Assembly (NCBI GenBank): GCA_051294375.1
Contig: CM119264.1
Span: 32,108-66,220, forward strand
Direction: 5' to 3'
DNA: 34,113 nt
Source of the DNA: Paraspadella gotoi
Lineage: Eukaryota; Animalia; Chaetognatha
The translations under genes and the position numbers were made by a program. Below, in pieces: positions 10,001 to 21,944 of the stretch. Positions within the stretch are counted from its first letter, which is position 1, and each line of letters starts with the position of its first letter. The notes under the pieces are model-generated. The model did not search any database, was not told where the DNA came from, and saw only the letters and a program-made list of their open reading frames with translations.

Positions 10001-11569
10001 TAGTTCAACATGCAAGTCTTACATCAATGTTTGATTATGTAGCTCTCTCTCTCTCTTCTCTCTCTCTCCTCTCTCTCTCTTTCTCTCTCTCCCCGCTTGC
10101 GCATGCACCAGTTACATAAAAGGTTCTCCCAAAAAGGAAGATTTTTCAAATCATTGAAATAACTGGCGATTATAAATTATTATTTAAGACTCAGACATGT
10201 AGCGAGTCTCCAGTTTGTAATCCGATCGATTTATTGGTTAAAAGATATCAGCGTATGACTTTCCAGGTTATTGCGTTTTAAATCCGAGTCGGGCAGCTTT
10301 TTACTTCTGTTAACTAACTAGGGTGTGATTCTTTCGTTCTAATATCATTACTAGTTTTATTTTGGTTCGGAAAAGAAAAAGTACAGATTGTTATCTGCAT
10401 ACAACTATTTTGACATGTAATCGGTTAACTCTTTGCTTAGCTACCTTAATGATTATTATCCATTTTCATACCTATGCTGAATCAAAAGAATCAATAAAAA
10501 CCTTACTTAGTTTAATGTAGTTTTTAATTTTAAGTTCTCTCTTAGAGAATTATCTTCACCCCATTGNNNNNNNNNNNNNNNNNNNNNNNNNAACAGAACG
10601 ACGATTTTATAAATGATTGATTAATTAATTGGCTTTATTGATTGATTGATTGATAGATTGAATGTGTTGATTGATTTATATTGTTTGATATTGATTGGTA
10701 TTGAAACTTAATAAATATATTATAATTGTATTATAAATTTAATGCTGAAATGTTAAGTTCATTAGGGTGTAAGTTTGCGTGTTTTGTATTGTGTTTGTAT
10801 TTTTTTAAAAATAATAATAATATAATATACAGAGAGGAGAGAGAGAGAAAGAGAGAGAGAGAGAGGGTCGAAAGGCTATCAAACCGATTTTCTTTTAAGT
10901 AATTAGAAATGTCGTGTTGGAGCCAAATCGCATGACATCCGGATAACTCAGACTTTTACATATTATATCCCTAAAAGGTGAACAATAGTTCCTATTAATT
11001 ATAAAATTCCCCGTCTTAAAAAAAGCAAAAATTCTTTTTTTTACGCTTTTAAAAATGATTTACACTCGACTTTAATACATTATGGTAAGTAAAAGAGTAT
11101 CTTTTTTGTATTTATTTTTGTCTTTAACTTTAACCAGAATAGTTTATATTATACTTTATAGATCAGATCTTTAATCAGTCAGAATTTCATGAGCTCTTCT
11201 TCGTATAATATTGTTTCTTGTTTCACTTTACTAAAAAAATATAATTGAGACCTTTGCTGTAATCATTTTTCATTATCTACAAAACATAATAATTGATTGA
11301 GGCATTGAGATAGATCGTCAAAATAATAAATTGAGAATAAAGAATAAGTATAAAATGTATCGCTGCATAACTGATTTAACCCTTTTATTGAGTTTGAGCA
11401 AAACATTTTTTTTCATTTCCAACTCTCCAATATACATATCGCTCTATCTATCTATCTGTCTAGTCAATCTCTCTATCTATTTATCTTTCTATCTCTTCTC
11501 ATCCTCTCTTTCCCATCCCTCTCCCGAGGCCCTCCCTTTTTTAGTTCAGTCTTCGTGAGTCTCGGTTCA

Positions 11570-11765
11570 CCCTTCTCCGTCTCTCTCTCTCTCTTCATCT
11601 CTCTCTCTTCTTTCTCTCTCTCTCTCCTCTCTCTCCTCTCTCTCTTCCGTCTCTCTCTCTCTCTCTCTCCTCTCTCTTCCTCTCTCTCTTCCTCTCTCTC
11701 TCCTCTCTTCTTCTCCTCTCTCTCTCCTCTCTCTTTCTCTCTTTCTCTTTCTCTCCTCTTCTACT
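11570..11765. repeat. CT-rich low-complexity tract
   Basis: (CT)n and CTT/CCT variants. Confidence 0.95.
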
Positions 11766-11794
11766 ACCTCCCTCTTTACGCTAATACTATTTCC

Positions 11795-11880
11795 GGCCAG
11801 GGACTTTCTCAAAAATACTTTCGATAGGATAGACTTCTTCTTCAGTGGTGCCCAAATAAGTGGGGCTCGAACTCACGATC
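11795..11880 (-). mobile_element. Probable SINE remnant with B box and a degenerate hammerhead-like core
   Basis: Minus strand: GTGAG TTCGAGC CCCAC (T-arm/B box), then CTGAAGA...CGAAA...GTC. Confidence 0.35.
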
Positions 11881-11895
11881 TATCTGACAATAATA

Positions 11896-11938
<43 letters not shown>

Positions 11939-11970
11939 ATATCTATCTATATCTATCTATCTATTTATCT
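11896..11970. repeat. (TATC)n microsatellite
   Basis: Direct reading. Confidence 0.95.
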
Positions 11971-12009
11971 TTCCTTCAAACCGTAATTTTTGTTCAAATT
12001 TTCTTCCAG

Positions 12010-12102
12010 ACAAAATTAAGCTTCATCGTCGTCGTCGTCGCGTCGTCGTCGTCGTTCTCGGTGTAAAAGAAGGCAGAGGGAACAGACGTGACTGCAACAC
12101 CG
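12010..12102 (+). CDS. Putative upstream exon of the ankyrin gene, signal-peptide-like
   Basis: Acceptor TTTTCTTCCAG, donor CG|GTGAGA, 93 nt, phase 0-0 and compatible with the next exon. As written it has an in-frame TAA; two compensating single-base corrections give TKLSFIVVVVAVVVVLGVKKAEGTDVTATP. Confidence 0.45.
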
Positions 12103-12479
12103 GTGAGAATAACTTAATTTTAACAATAAATAATTAATTTATAATTATTTTTTTGGTAATTACGTAGTAATTTTTGCTTAATATTATACTTATATTCTTA
12201 TTTAAATACTCTTGTTTGTTAAATGTTTAACCAAAAACTTTTTACGTTTTTTAACTTAATTAGAGAGAGAGAAGGAAGGAAGGAAGGAAGAGGAAGGAAG
12301 GAAGGAAGGAAGGAAGGAAAGGAAGGAAGGAAGGAATATAGAAGGAAAAAAGGAAAGAAAGGAACAAAAAAAGGAAGAAAGGAAAAGAACAATTATAGTC
12401 GAGAGACTAAAAAAAGAAGAGATTTCTAATCTTTTTCGGTTAAGAAAAAAAATAAAGGGTTTGGTGATGGAAATGGATG

Positions 12480-12692
12480 AAGATTAAAATTAAATTGAAT
12501 GAAGATTAAAATAAAAATTGAATTAAGATTAAATTAAAATTAAATTAAGATTAAAATTAAAAAAATTGAATTAAAGATAAAAAATTAAATAGAATTAAGA
12601 TTAAAATTAAAATAGAATTAAGATTAAAATTAAAATTGAATTAAGATTAAAAATTGAATAATTAAAAAATTGAATTAAGATTAAAATTAAAA
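12480..12692. repeat. AT-rich intronic minisatellite (AAGATTAAAATTAAAATTGAATT-like units; also ~19705-19920)
   Basis: Repeated TTAAGATTAAAA and TTGAATT motifs. Confidence 0.85.
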
Positions 12693-12730
12693 TAATCGCC
12701 CCGACATTATTTTTTAACTCTTTTTGACAG

Positions 12731-13277
12731 CGAGAATGGACGTGGGAAAGACAAAATGAGCTCCATGATTTTTGCGGCGAAGGAAACATCACTGGCGTAC
12801 AAGAAATGATAAAGGAATTTGGGACAGAAATTATATTAGATCACTCAATGACTGATTATTACTCCAACTGTTTGTTTGTAGCAGCAAAGTATGCTAAAAC
12901 AATGATGGTGGAATTTGTTCTGCAAATGGGAGTGGACGTGAATATTGGATACTTCAATAGCTATTATCCATTGCATCATTCAATTGGTCAGTGGTGGTTT
13001 GGTTACAATCATGACAATTCAAACATTACTCGTCAATTACTGCGAAGAGGATCAGAAATTGAGGAACTAGATGGATATTATAGGCATCATACTCCTTTAT
13101 TTTTGGCGATTTATTTCTATAGACCAAGTATGGTGTCTGAGCTCATCTTTTGGGGAGCCTCAGTGGAGAATGCGAATGATACTGATAATCTGAGACGTGC
13201 ATTTGAAGCGAATTTGGAAAAAGCAGAAATTCAAAACGCTATTGAAGAAGGAAAAAAGCGACGAAGAGATGTAATAG
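12731..13277 (+). CDS. Ankyrin-repeat protein, internal exon (about four repeats)
   Basis: Acceptor TTTTTGACAG at 12730, in frame with ORF 12806-13351; probable donor AG|GTGAG at 13277. Repeats: LHDFCGEGNITGVQEMIKEFG, CLFVAAKYAKTMMVEFVLQMGVDVN, YPLHHSI..NITRQLLRRGSEIE, TPLFLAIYFYRPSMVSELIFWGASVE. Confidence 0.85.
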
Positions 13278-13303
13278 GTGAGAGAGCGAGGGAGAGAGGG
13301 AGG

Positions 13304-13344
<41 letters not shown>

Positions 13345-14639
13345 CAGTTAAATAGCCTCACTCCCTGGCTGACCATAAAAACAAAAATACCAAAAAGAAA
13401 ACCAAAAAACATAAAAAAGATTCTAATTTTAATTATTTTTTAATTATATCAAACATATTGAAGTACCTTTTTTTCAAGCCAAATAAACTGTTACAGCCCT
13501 CAACTGTGAATCTTCAAATCCAAATGCAAATTGTTGATGAATTTACAAGACTGNNNNNNNNNNNNNNNNNNNNNNNNNAGACAATTTTTTCATAATTTAT
13601 CATCAGATTATTATCACTAATTACTTTGATAAATCTTTTAATAAAACCCGCCGAAGCTAAGGGGAATTTGAAGAGTTAAATTAAATGAGAAAAGATAGAT
13701 CGCAGCAGGATGGATACGACACGAGGAACGAGAAATGGATTAATTCATCAAACGAATAAAATTAACACAACATAAACAATAACAACTAATAGATACAATC
13801 ACAGATCCAAACAACTGAGACCAAAAAAAGAAGAACAAAATATAATAAGCTCAAAATATCCGAAACGCGTCGCACCATCGTCATGAGCATGAGAGATGCA
13901 GCACCCTCCACTCCAAAGACAGAAGAGAAACAAGAGACTAACGCGCCCCGCACGACGAGAGACGTGAGAACGATCATACAGCCCATTACTATACACGTCA
14001 GTCCAACCTATACACCCTCCTTCACACCTCACTTCTGCTCGCCACCTAAATAACCAACATAGCCCCATAAATCCAATACTCATAATGAAGCTCAAAATAT
14101 AAAATATTAAAAGATATCGAGAAACGTTAATGCACAGCGTTCCTTGACTATACCCAAAATATAACAAGAAACGCAACTGAAGATTTTAATCGACGAGTGC
14201 TCGAGCTTCTGAAAGTTAACATTTAATATAATTATATCACGTCCATAGTATAGTTAACCGCAGAAAAGATCAACCATCACCCTAAAATATTACAGTCAAA
14301 TATAGCCTCCAAATGTTAATTAAAAAAAATGCATATATAAACATTCATTTTAATACAATTTTTTTAATAAAAACAAATCATTATACTCTAGAACGATAAA
14401 TTTTTCCTAATTGCTTCAAGAAAGAAGTCAAGTTTTGAGTGTCATTCCCCAAAAATGTCGTCAATTCCAACTTTAACCGATTCTCTCTCTCTCTCGTCTC
14501 TCTCCTCTCTCTTCTCTCTCTTCTTCTTCGTATGCTCTACTCTCGTCTCTCTTCTCCTTCTTCCTTTATGGGTTGGATGACATTGAGGAGAATCGGCAAA
14601 TTAGTGCTTTATATCTTGCATTCCAGAAAAGGTGTACAT

Positions 14640-15650
14640 TGATAAATCCGTCGCAACGACTTCAGATCCCGGGGTGTTAGCTACCAACTTTGGTTACGTC
14701 TCGGTTAACTTATTGCCGACTAGGTTGCTGCAATTTGCTTGTTCGGTATGGTTTCGTATTACCCTGTTTCGAACTATTACGCACATGCATAGTTCATTAT
14801 TCCACAGGCAATGGAATCGTTGAGCCGCCTTCACCGAACCTGGAAAGGTCCTCCCATACGGCAATTAGCGACGCCGCCGAGTAGAGTTATGCTGAGCTCA
14901 GAACAACTTCCGTAGGTAACGCTTTGCCTGAGTCCTCCTGCGGCTAATCGCCTTCGCCGACTGATAATGATGCAATCATACCTCTCCCATGCTGAATGTG
15001 TGGCTGGCTCGCTGAAAACGTGCTGCTCTCCTTTGGCATTCACTAAATTCCCAGTTCCGGCAACTTGGACTGATCGACGCGGTGATTTGCTCTTTTGCAC
15101 GAGATGTACGTTCGCGTCCCACGTCTCGCCCCCTGCCCTCTGCGCATAGACGCCATGAGAATTTGTTCGGTGCGTTGTTGTAACCTCGACCAACTGTCGA
15201 GGAAGGTGTGATAACTGGCGTTGCCAAGTATCTGTTCTTTTCCGATTAGGTTTCCGCTGACGTTTCCATTTTGACGATTTCTGCTACCATATAAGGCACA
15301 AGCTTCTCGCCACAATCCCAACAGAGGCGGCCCGACATCTCGTTACTGCTTGCAATCATGTCGGCAGAGTATAATCTGCGGCTGCCCTGCCTTTTCTGTT
15401 ATTAACATCATCTATTCCAGAACGCATTAACGGGGACGGCTCAATGACCCACGCCTGGTCCTGCCAAACTCTTTATAGTATGTCATCACTTCAGGGGAAA
15501 GTCTATCATCCACCTCACTCTTGTTTCGCCTTTAAGTCTTGATTTCTCGTGCTGCTAGGGCCTCAGCGGGGTCGAGACATTCTCTCGGGCGTTGCTCATT
15601 TTTTCTCCGCCTTAAACCGACTTCTTGTCCGTGCATCACGTCGGGGCTCA
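14640..15650 (+). mobile_element. Noisy copy of the Gypsy integrase + gag-like fragment, lacking the GACC array
   Basis: Aligns to 8900-9640. ACGACTTCAGATCCCGGG (TTSDPG) at ~14657 lies where the integrase (I)TSDxG motif is expected. Confidence 0.7.
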
Positions 15651-16802
15651 CCACGTGTTGGCTAGGTATTGTGGGTTATTATTTGGGTCATTTTTAAATT
15701 CGTTTGGTGGATTTGGTTTTTTTGTTTGATGTAGGGTTAAGATGAGTCTTCTTGTTTTAGAGATTCCGGTAGTTAAAAAGGTGTATTTATAATTCAGTTC
15801 CACTTTAAGAGGTTGATAGTAGTGGTATGGCTGATCAGTATTTACGGTTTACTAATGAGATATTTATTTCTTTGGATCTATTAAGTGATATAGCCTTTAT
15901 TATTGTTTCAATTTTTAATATTGTTTTTGTGGTTTTATTTTGTTTCCTCCTATTTGTAGATTTAGCCAGTTTGGGGTACTATATAATGTTGTGGATGTAT
16001 GAGTGATAAAGTTCGTTACTGGGTTAATTTGGACACATCTGTAGGGGGTTTGGTTTGTTTTATTATAGGGAACGGAATTTTTTTTTTATGATAGGACATG
16101 ATTTACAAGGTCACACAAATCGTGGAGAGAGATGAAGAGAGAAGAGAAAGAGAAGAGAGAGACCGAGAGTAGAGGAGAGATAGAAGAAGTAGCAGAGAGA
16201 GAGAGAGAGAGGAGAGAGATTTTCGTACTTCGAAGGGTCGCGAGTGAGTCTGCCACACAATTCATACTTTAATCTACTACGTAGGACGGGATCTAGTTTC
16301 GCGAAGAAGGTTTATATGGACCTTCAAATGAGAAATTGAAAAACTAGTTCAACATGGCAATAGTCTTACCAGTCAATGGCTTTTGATTTGTAGCTTCGCT
16401 ATCACGCTCTCTCTCTCTCTCTTCATCTCTCTCTCTCTTCTTCTCTCATCTCCTCTCTCTCTCTCTCTCCCCTGTCTTGGGCATGCACCAGTTTACGTTA
16501 CATAGAAGGTTCTCCAAAAAGGAGAGATTTTTCAAAGCATTGAAATAACTGGCCGATTTAGGTAAATTTATTATTTAAGACTCACGACATGTAGCGAAGT
16601 CATCCAGTTGTAATCCGATCGATGATTGGTTAAAGAAATTATTCACGCGTATGACTTCCAGGTTAGTATGCTGTTTAAATCCGAGTCGGGTAGCCTTTTT
16701 ACTTCTGTTAACTAACTAGGGTGTGATATTTTCGTTCTAATATCATTACTAGTTTTATTTTTTGTTCGGAAAAGAAAAGGTACAGGATAGTTAACTGCAT
16801 AC

Positions 16803-17032
16803 TATTGGTGGACTAAAAATCCACCAACCGTTCATCAGCGGCTATATTGGTGCCGGAGGTAAGTCATTCGCCTCCCTACCCATAAGGTCCGGGCGTTTTC
16901 TAGCCCGGTGGTCGTCTGGCAGTTAAAGAGGGACGGGGCGCTTAACCCGCCTGTAACATGGTGTTACAGGCCTGATCCGAAGCTCAGGGACTGTCAGTAA
17001 CAATTATCAATAATTTACTGTCTCTTCAATAC
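16803..17032 (+). mobile_element. Second copy of the tRNA-head + twister insertion
   Basis: Same sequence and flanks as 3712-3930 with a few short insertions. Confidence 0.8.
16916..16997 (+). ncRNA. Candidate type-P5 twister ribozyme (second representation)
   Basis: Same core as 3817-3896, with one extra A before GAGG and one extra G between P3 and P4. Confidence 0.75.
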
Positions 17033-19962
17033 ATCTACTTTGACATAGTTGTATTTGTTAACTCTTTGACTTGCTACCTTTAATGATTATTATTTCCATT
17101 TGCATACCTATGCTGATCCAAAGAATAAATAAAACCTAACTTTTGAGTTTAATTGGCAGTTTCTTAATATTTCAAAGTTTCTCCTCTTAGAGAGATTATC
17201 TTTACCCCATTGAAACGAACGACGATTTATAAATTTTGATATGTTATTAATTAATTGAACTTTATTGATTGTTGATTGATTGAATGTGTTGATTGATTTG
17301 TATATTGTTGATATAGCATATGGTATTGAAACATTTAATAATATTTAATATTATTGTATTATAAGAATCTTAATGCTGAAATGTTTAAGTTCATTAGGGT
17401 GTAAGATTTGCGTTTTGTATTTGTATTGGTTGTTTTGTATTTTTTAATTATTTAATAAATAATATAATATATATATATATACACGAGAGAGGAGAGACGA
17501 GGGAGAGAGAGAGAGAGAGAGAGGGTCGAAAGGCTATCAAACCGATTTTCTTTTTAAGTCAATTAAAAATGTCGTGTTGGCAGCCAAATCGCATGACATC
17601 CGAATAACTACATGACTTTACATATATATATCCCTAAAGAAGTGAACAATAGTACTATTAAAATATAATTCCCCGTTCTTAAATAAAGGCAATAAATTCT
17701 TTTTTTACGCTTTGTAAAATGATTTTACACTCGACTTATAAACACATTATGGTAAAGTATATAAAGAGTAATCTTTTTTGTATTTAAAGTTTTTGTCTCT
17801 TAACTTTAACCAGCGGAATAGTTTTAGTTATAGCTTTTGATAGCAGATGAAGATCTTAATCAGTTCAGAATTTCATGAGGCTGTCTTCTTGCGATATAAC
17901 TTATTGTTTCTTTGGTTAACCTTTACTCAGAAATTAGATTATGAGACCATTGCTCGTAACGGTCATTTTCGATTTATGTTCTAGTCGATTAACATTAGGA
18001 TCTATGATTGCAGCAGTCGATAGGGAGTGCGTTTCCACAAATATATATTAAGTTGAAGTCAGAAAGACTAAGGTAATATTTTCGCGTTGCTTGGAATTAT
18101 TTGTTTATCGGCTTGCATATAATTCTGATTTACCTTTTAGTTGAGTTTGGGTAGCTCACAACATGTGTTTTTTCTTCATTATTCACTCAACTCTCCCTAG
18201 GATATTCAGATAGGCTGGGCTCCGTGGATCTATCTTTAACTACTCTTGTCTTATGGCCTCTTCTGTCTCTTATGCGCTCAGTTTTTTATCTTTTTCTATC
18301 TTCTTCCATTGTCTTCTCACTTCTTCGCATCCCCTCTGCCGCTGAGGTAGATATCATTCACCCTTTATATTGAGTGTTAATTTCAAGTCTTTCGTGTAGT
18401 TCCTACGCGTTCCCTTCCCTTCACGTCCACTCGTGCTTCTGCTATCGGTCGTCTTTTGGGCGGGTCTCCGGCTGGCGGGTCTCTACTGCTTGACTCTTCT
18501 CATCTCTCTTTATCTCTCTCTCTCTTCTCTCCTCTCTCCTTTCTATCTCGCACCTCCTCTTGACTGCATAATACATACTTGTTATTTTGTCTGCGGCAGC
18601 GGATCATTTTCCTCATCTAAATTTAGTCTCGAGTGTACGATCTTTCTGTGTACTGATTGATCTTTCTTTTCAGTGGTTGTGCCGCTAATAATTAGTAATA
18701 TTATGTGGTTCGGTCTTTCACGAACACTCTACGATTTTGTTGCTTTTTCTCGAACTATAATGTAATTAGTTTCTTATTCTAGTCTCTTATTTCTATTCTA
18801 TTCGTATTCTAGTCTAGTTCTATTCTAGTCAATAGTTTCTTATCTATCTTATCTTTATTCATATCTATTTTTATTCTTTTCAGGCGAACACCTGGATTGC
18901 GTGGTGTTCGTAACCTATATATCTTTCTCAGTACTGAATATATGCTTCGATCGTCGTCGTCGTCGTCGTTGGCTATGGTGGTCAGTCGATGCATTGTCGA
19001 TTTTCTCCGTGTTGTAGGAAGAAGTGTCAGAGGGAGAGGCAGAATCGTGACTGCGGAAACACCGGTTGGAGGGAAGATTTAACAATAATTACTAATTAAT
19101 TTATATATTATTTTTAGGTACTTAGTGGGTAATGTCATCTGGGCTTAATATTTTCGATATCTTATATATCTTATTTAATAATACTCTGTTTTGTTACCAA
19201 TGTGTTAACTAAAAACTTTTGGGTTTTGTTTTACGTTTTTTTAAAACTATTGGATTGTATGGTAGAGTAGAGGCTATATTTGGAAGGAATGGAAGGAAAG
19301 AGGAGGAAGGATAGGAAGGAGGATATGGAAGTGATAGGAAGTGAAGGAAGGAAGGACAGGAAAGTAGATGTGAAGGAAGGATGGGATGTGTATGTGAAGG
19401 AAGGAAGGGGAATGTGTAATGATAGGAAGAAGGATATGTGACGTATAGGAAGTGAAGGAATGAGGAAGGAAGGAAGGATAGGCAGGTAAGGCCAAGGAAT
19501 TAGAAGGTAAGGAAGTGAAGGAGGAATGAAGTTGAAGGCATGGAGGATTTTACATTGGAGAAAATAAGTGAATAAAAAGGAACAAAAGGAAGAAAGGGAA
19601 AAGAACAATTTATAGTCGAGAGGACTAAAAAAAGAAGAGATTTTCTAATCTTTTTTCTTGGTTAAGCTGAAAAAAAATAAAGTGGTTGTGATGGAAATGG
19701 AATGAAAGATTTTAAGAATTAAATTGAATGAAGATTAAAATTAAAAATTGAATTAAGATAAAATTAAAGATTAAATTAAGATTAATTAAAAATTGAATTA
19801 AGAAAAAATAAAGAATTAGATAAATATTAATAATAGAATTAAGTATTAAAATTATAAATTGAATTTAAGATTAATTAAAATTTAATAAGATTAAATAAAA
19901 TTGAATAAGATATATTAAAATATCTGGTCCCCGAATTATCTTTTTTCAACTCTTTTTGACAG

Positions 19963-20580
19963 CGAGAATTGGACGTGGGAAAGCAAAAATGAGCTTCCAT
20001 GTATTTTTTGCGCCGGAAGGCAAACATCACTTGGGCGTACAAGAAATATTAATTGGAGCAAGGAATCATCTCGGAATGACAGAACCATTATATTCACGAT
20101 CACTCAATGACATGATTATTACTCCAACTGTTTTGTTTTGTTAGCATGCACCAGTATGCTAAAACAATGATGGTGCCGTATTTTTCTGCAATCGGGATGT
20201 GGAAGTGAACTATTGGGATACTACAATTAGCTATCTATCCCATTGCCATCATTCAATAATGGTCAGTGGTGGTTTGGTTACAATCATACAATTCCAAAAC
20301 ATTCCTCGTCAATTTACTGCCGAAGAGATCAGAAATTGAGGAACTAGATGGATTTATAGGATCATTACTCGCTTCTTATATTTTTTGGCGATTTTATTTT
20401 CTATAGACAGTATGGTGTTCTGAGCTCATCTTTTTGGGGGCCTCAGGTTGAGAAATTGCGAATGATACTGATATGCTGAGACGTGCATGTTGGAAAGCGT
20501 ATTTAGGATAAAAAGCAAATTCATAAACGCTATTGAACGATAGGAATATAAAAGCGACGAAGATGATTTGTATTTATGGT
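19963..20580 (+). pseudogene. Frameshifted copy of the ankyrin exon (probably read noise rather than a true pseudogene)
   Basis: Collinear with 12731-13277 including the acceptor; differences are mostly single-base insertions. Confidence 0.75.
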
Positions 20581-21634
20581 GCCGACGAGTGCGAGGCCGT
20601 ATTAGAGGGTATGGGCACGAGGATTGAGTCAGATGAGAGAGAGCCCGGTAAGGAGAGTGATTAATTATTTTTTTTAATTCTGTAACTAGTTATTCAACCT
20701 TTTGTGTGTCGCAAATGAAAAGAAAAATACTGAATGTTCGATGTGGCGAATTCCATATGTGTATGGTATTGCTCGTTTATGTGTTTCACAGGTTTTTTAT
20801 TTGTCGGTCGAGTGAAGATCGCTGCTTTTTTTCTCAATTATCATGGTCTCATCGCTGAAGCATTATGATATTTTTAATCTGTCCACGATTGTCGCGACGG
20901 TCAAAGAATCCAGTACCCCTGTAAGGACTAGGCCATCACCATTCCAGCGTCTTTCAGCATTGACAATGCTGACTGTACCTCTGCGGTTAGGGTTTTCAAC
21001 ATCCTCTCTTTGTAGATAGGAGACTGGAAAACAACACCCTACTTTGTTCTAGAATATTCTATTCTTAAGCCATCGCGCTATATAATAACCCATGACTCGC
21101 CGTGTGTGTTTCACCCTGTTGGTAGGATACTTCTTCGTTGGCAGCACTCTCTACTGATTCAAGATTTGTGGTCACTTGTTTTCTCTATAATTAGTAATCG
21201 CTAACTAATTTATGGTACTGCATCTTGAATTAAGTTTTTGTAGGAAGTATTTGGTGTCAGAAAGACGAGACATGCAGACGCCATAGAATGATTTACAAAG
21301 GACACGGCTTCATTTGTTTGAGTCGCTTTTGGTTTGAAAAACTACTGGCTTAAAGGATGTAAGTATTGTCTTGTAAAAAAATGGATTATTTTTCTTTAAG
21401 AATTAGTTTCTAATAATTAATTATTTTAGTTTTTAGTGGCTATAATCCTTGCTAATAATGAATTACAATGATATCTGCTTTAAATTCGTTATTGTCTTCT
21501 ACTGTCTATATAATTATGAACTTATGTAATAAAACGATTTAAACTTTAAAATTGAGTTAACTAAATTCCTTGAAATGCCAAATAAACAAACTGGAATTAA
21601 ACAACCTCAGTTAAACAGTAATAACGTCAATTAA

Positions 21635-21781
21635 TCCTGGAAAGCCGATGTCACCATGTCGCCTTTATGACTAGCTCCTGTAATAAAGGCGAGAGACCCA
21701 GGCTGCGCAAGGTTCGAGGAAGTGCGAAGAAAGGAGGCAAATTCGGAAGAGGGTCGACGCAGGTGAACGCCGTCCACAGGA
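21635..21781. mobile_element. 147-bp MITE-like element flanked by TTAA (piggyBac-like)
   Basis: TTAA|TCCTG ... CAGGA|TTAA. GC-rich island in very AT-rich flanks. Internal perfect 10-bp inverted repeat TCGCCTTTAT (21659-21668) / ATAAAGGCGA (21683-21692). Confidence 0.55.
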
Positions 21782-21944
21782 TTAATTAATCAAATAATTA
21801 ATCAGTTAATTATTCAATTAGTCAATTAATTAATAATTAATTAATCGGTGAATTAATAAATCAATTAATTATTCAATCAATCAGTTTTTTTAGTTATCTA
21901 TTAATTACTTATTCAATCAATAAATTTATTTTCGAATTAATTAA

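Larger units (their letters stand above)
6982..13330 (+). repeat. Copy B of a ~6.5-7 kb segment repeated directly at 13579-20650
   Basis: Collinear anchors: AGACAATTTTT..TATCATCAG (6982/13579), TTGCTTCAAGAAAGAAGTCA (7510/14411), GAGGGTCGAAAGGCTATCAAACCG (10863/17521), ankyrin exon (12731/19963). Confidence 0.9.
13579..20650 (+). repeat. Copy C of the duplicated segment (noisier, insertion-biased)
   Basis: Collinear with 6982-13330 and begins immediately after a 25-N gap. Confidence 0.9.

Noticed and set aside
21244-21358. Exon-like segment with good acceptor and GTAAGT donor, possibly part of the ankyrin gene
   Set aside because: Stops occur in all three frames as written; it cannot be assigned without polishing.
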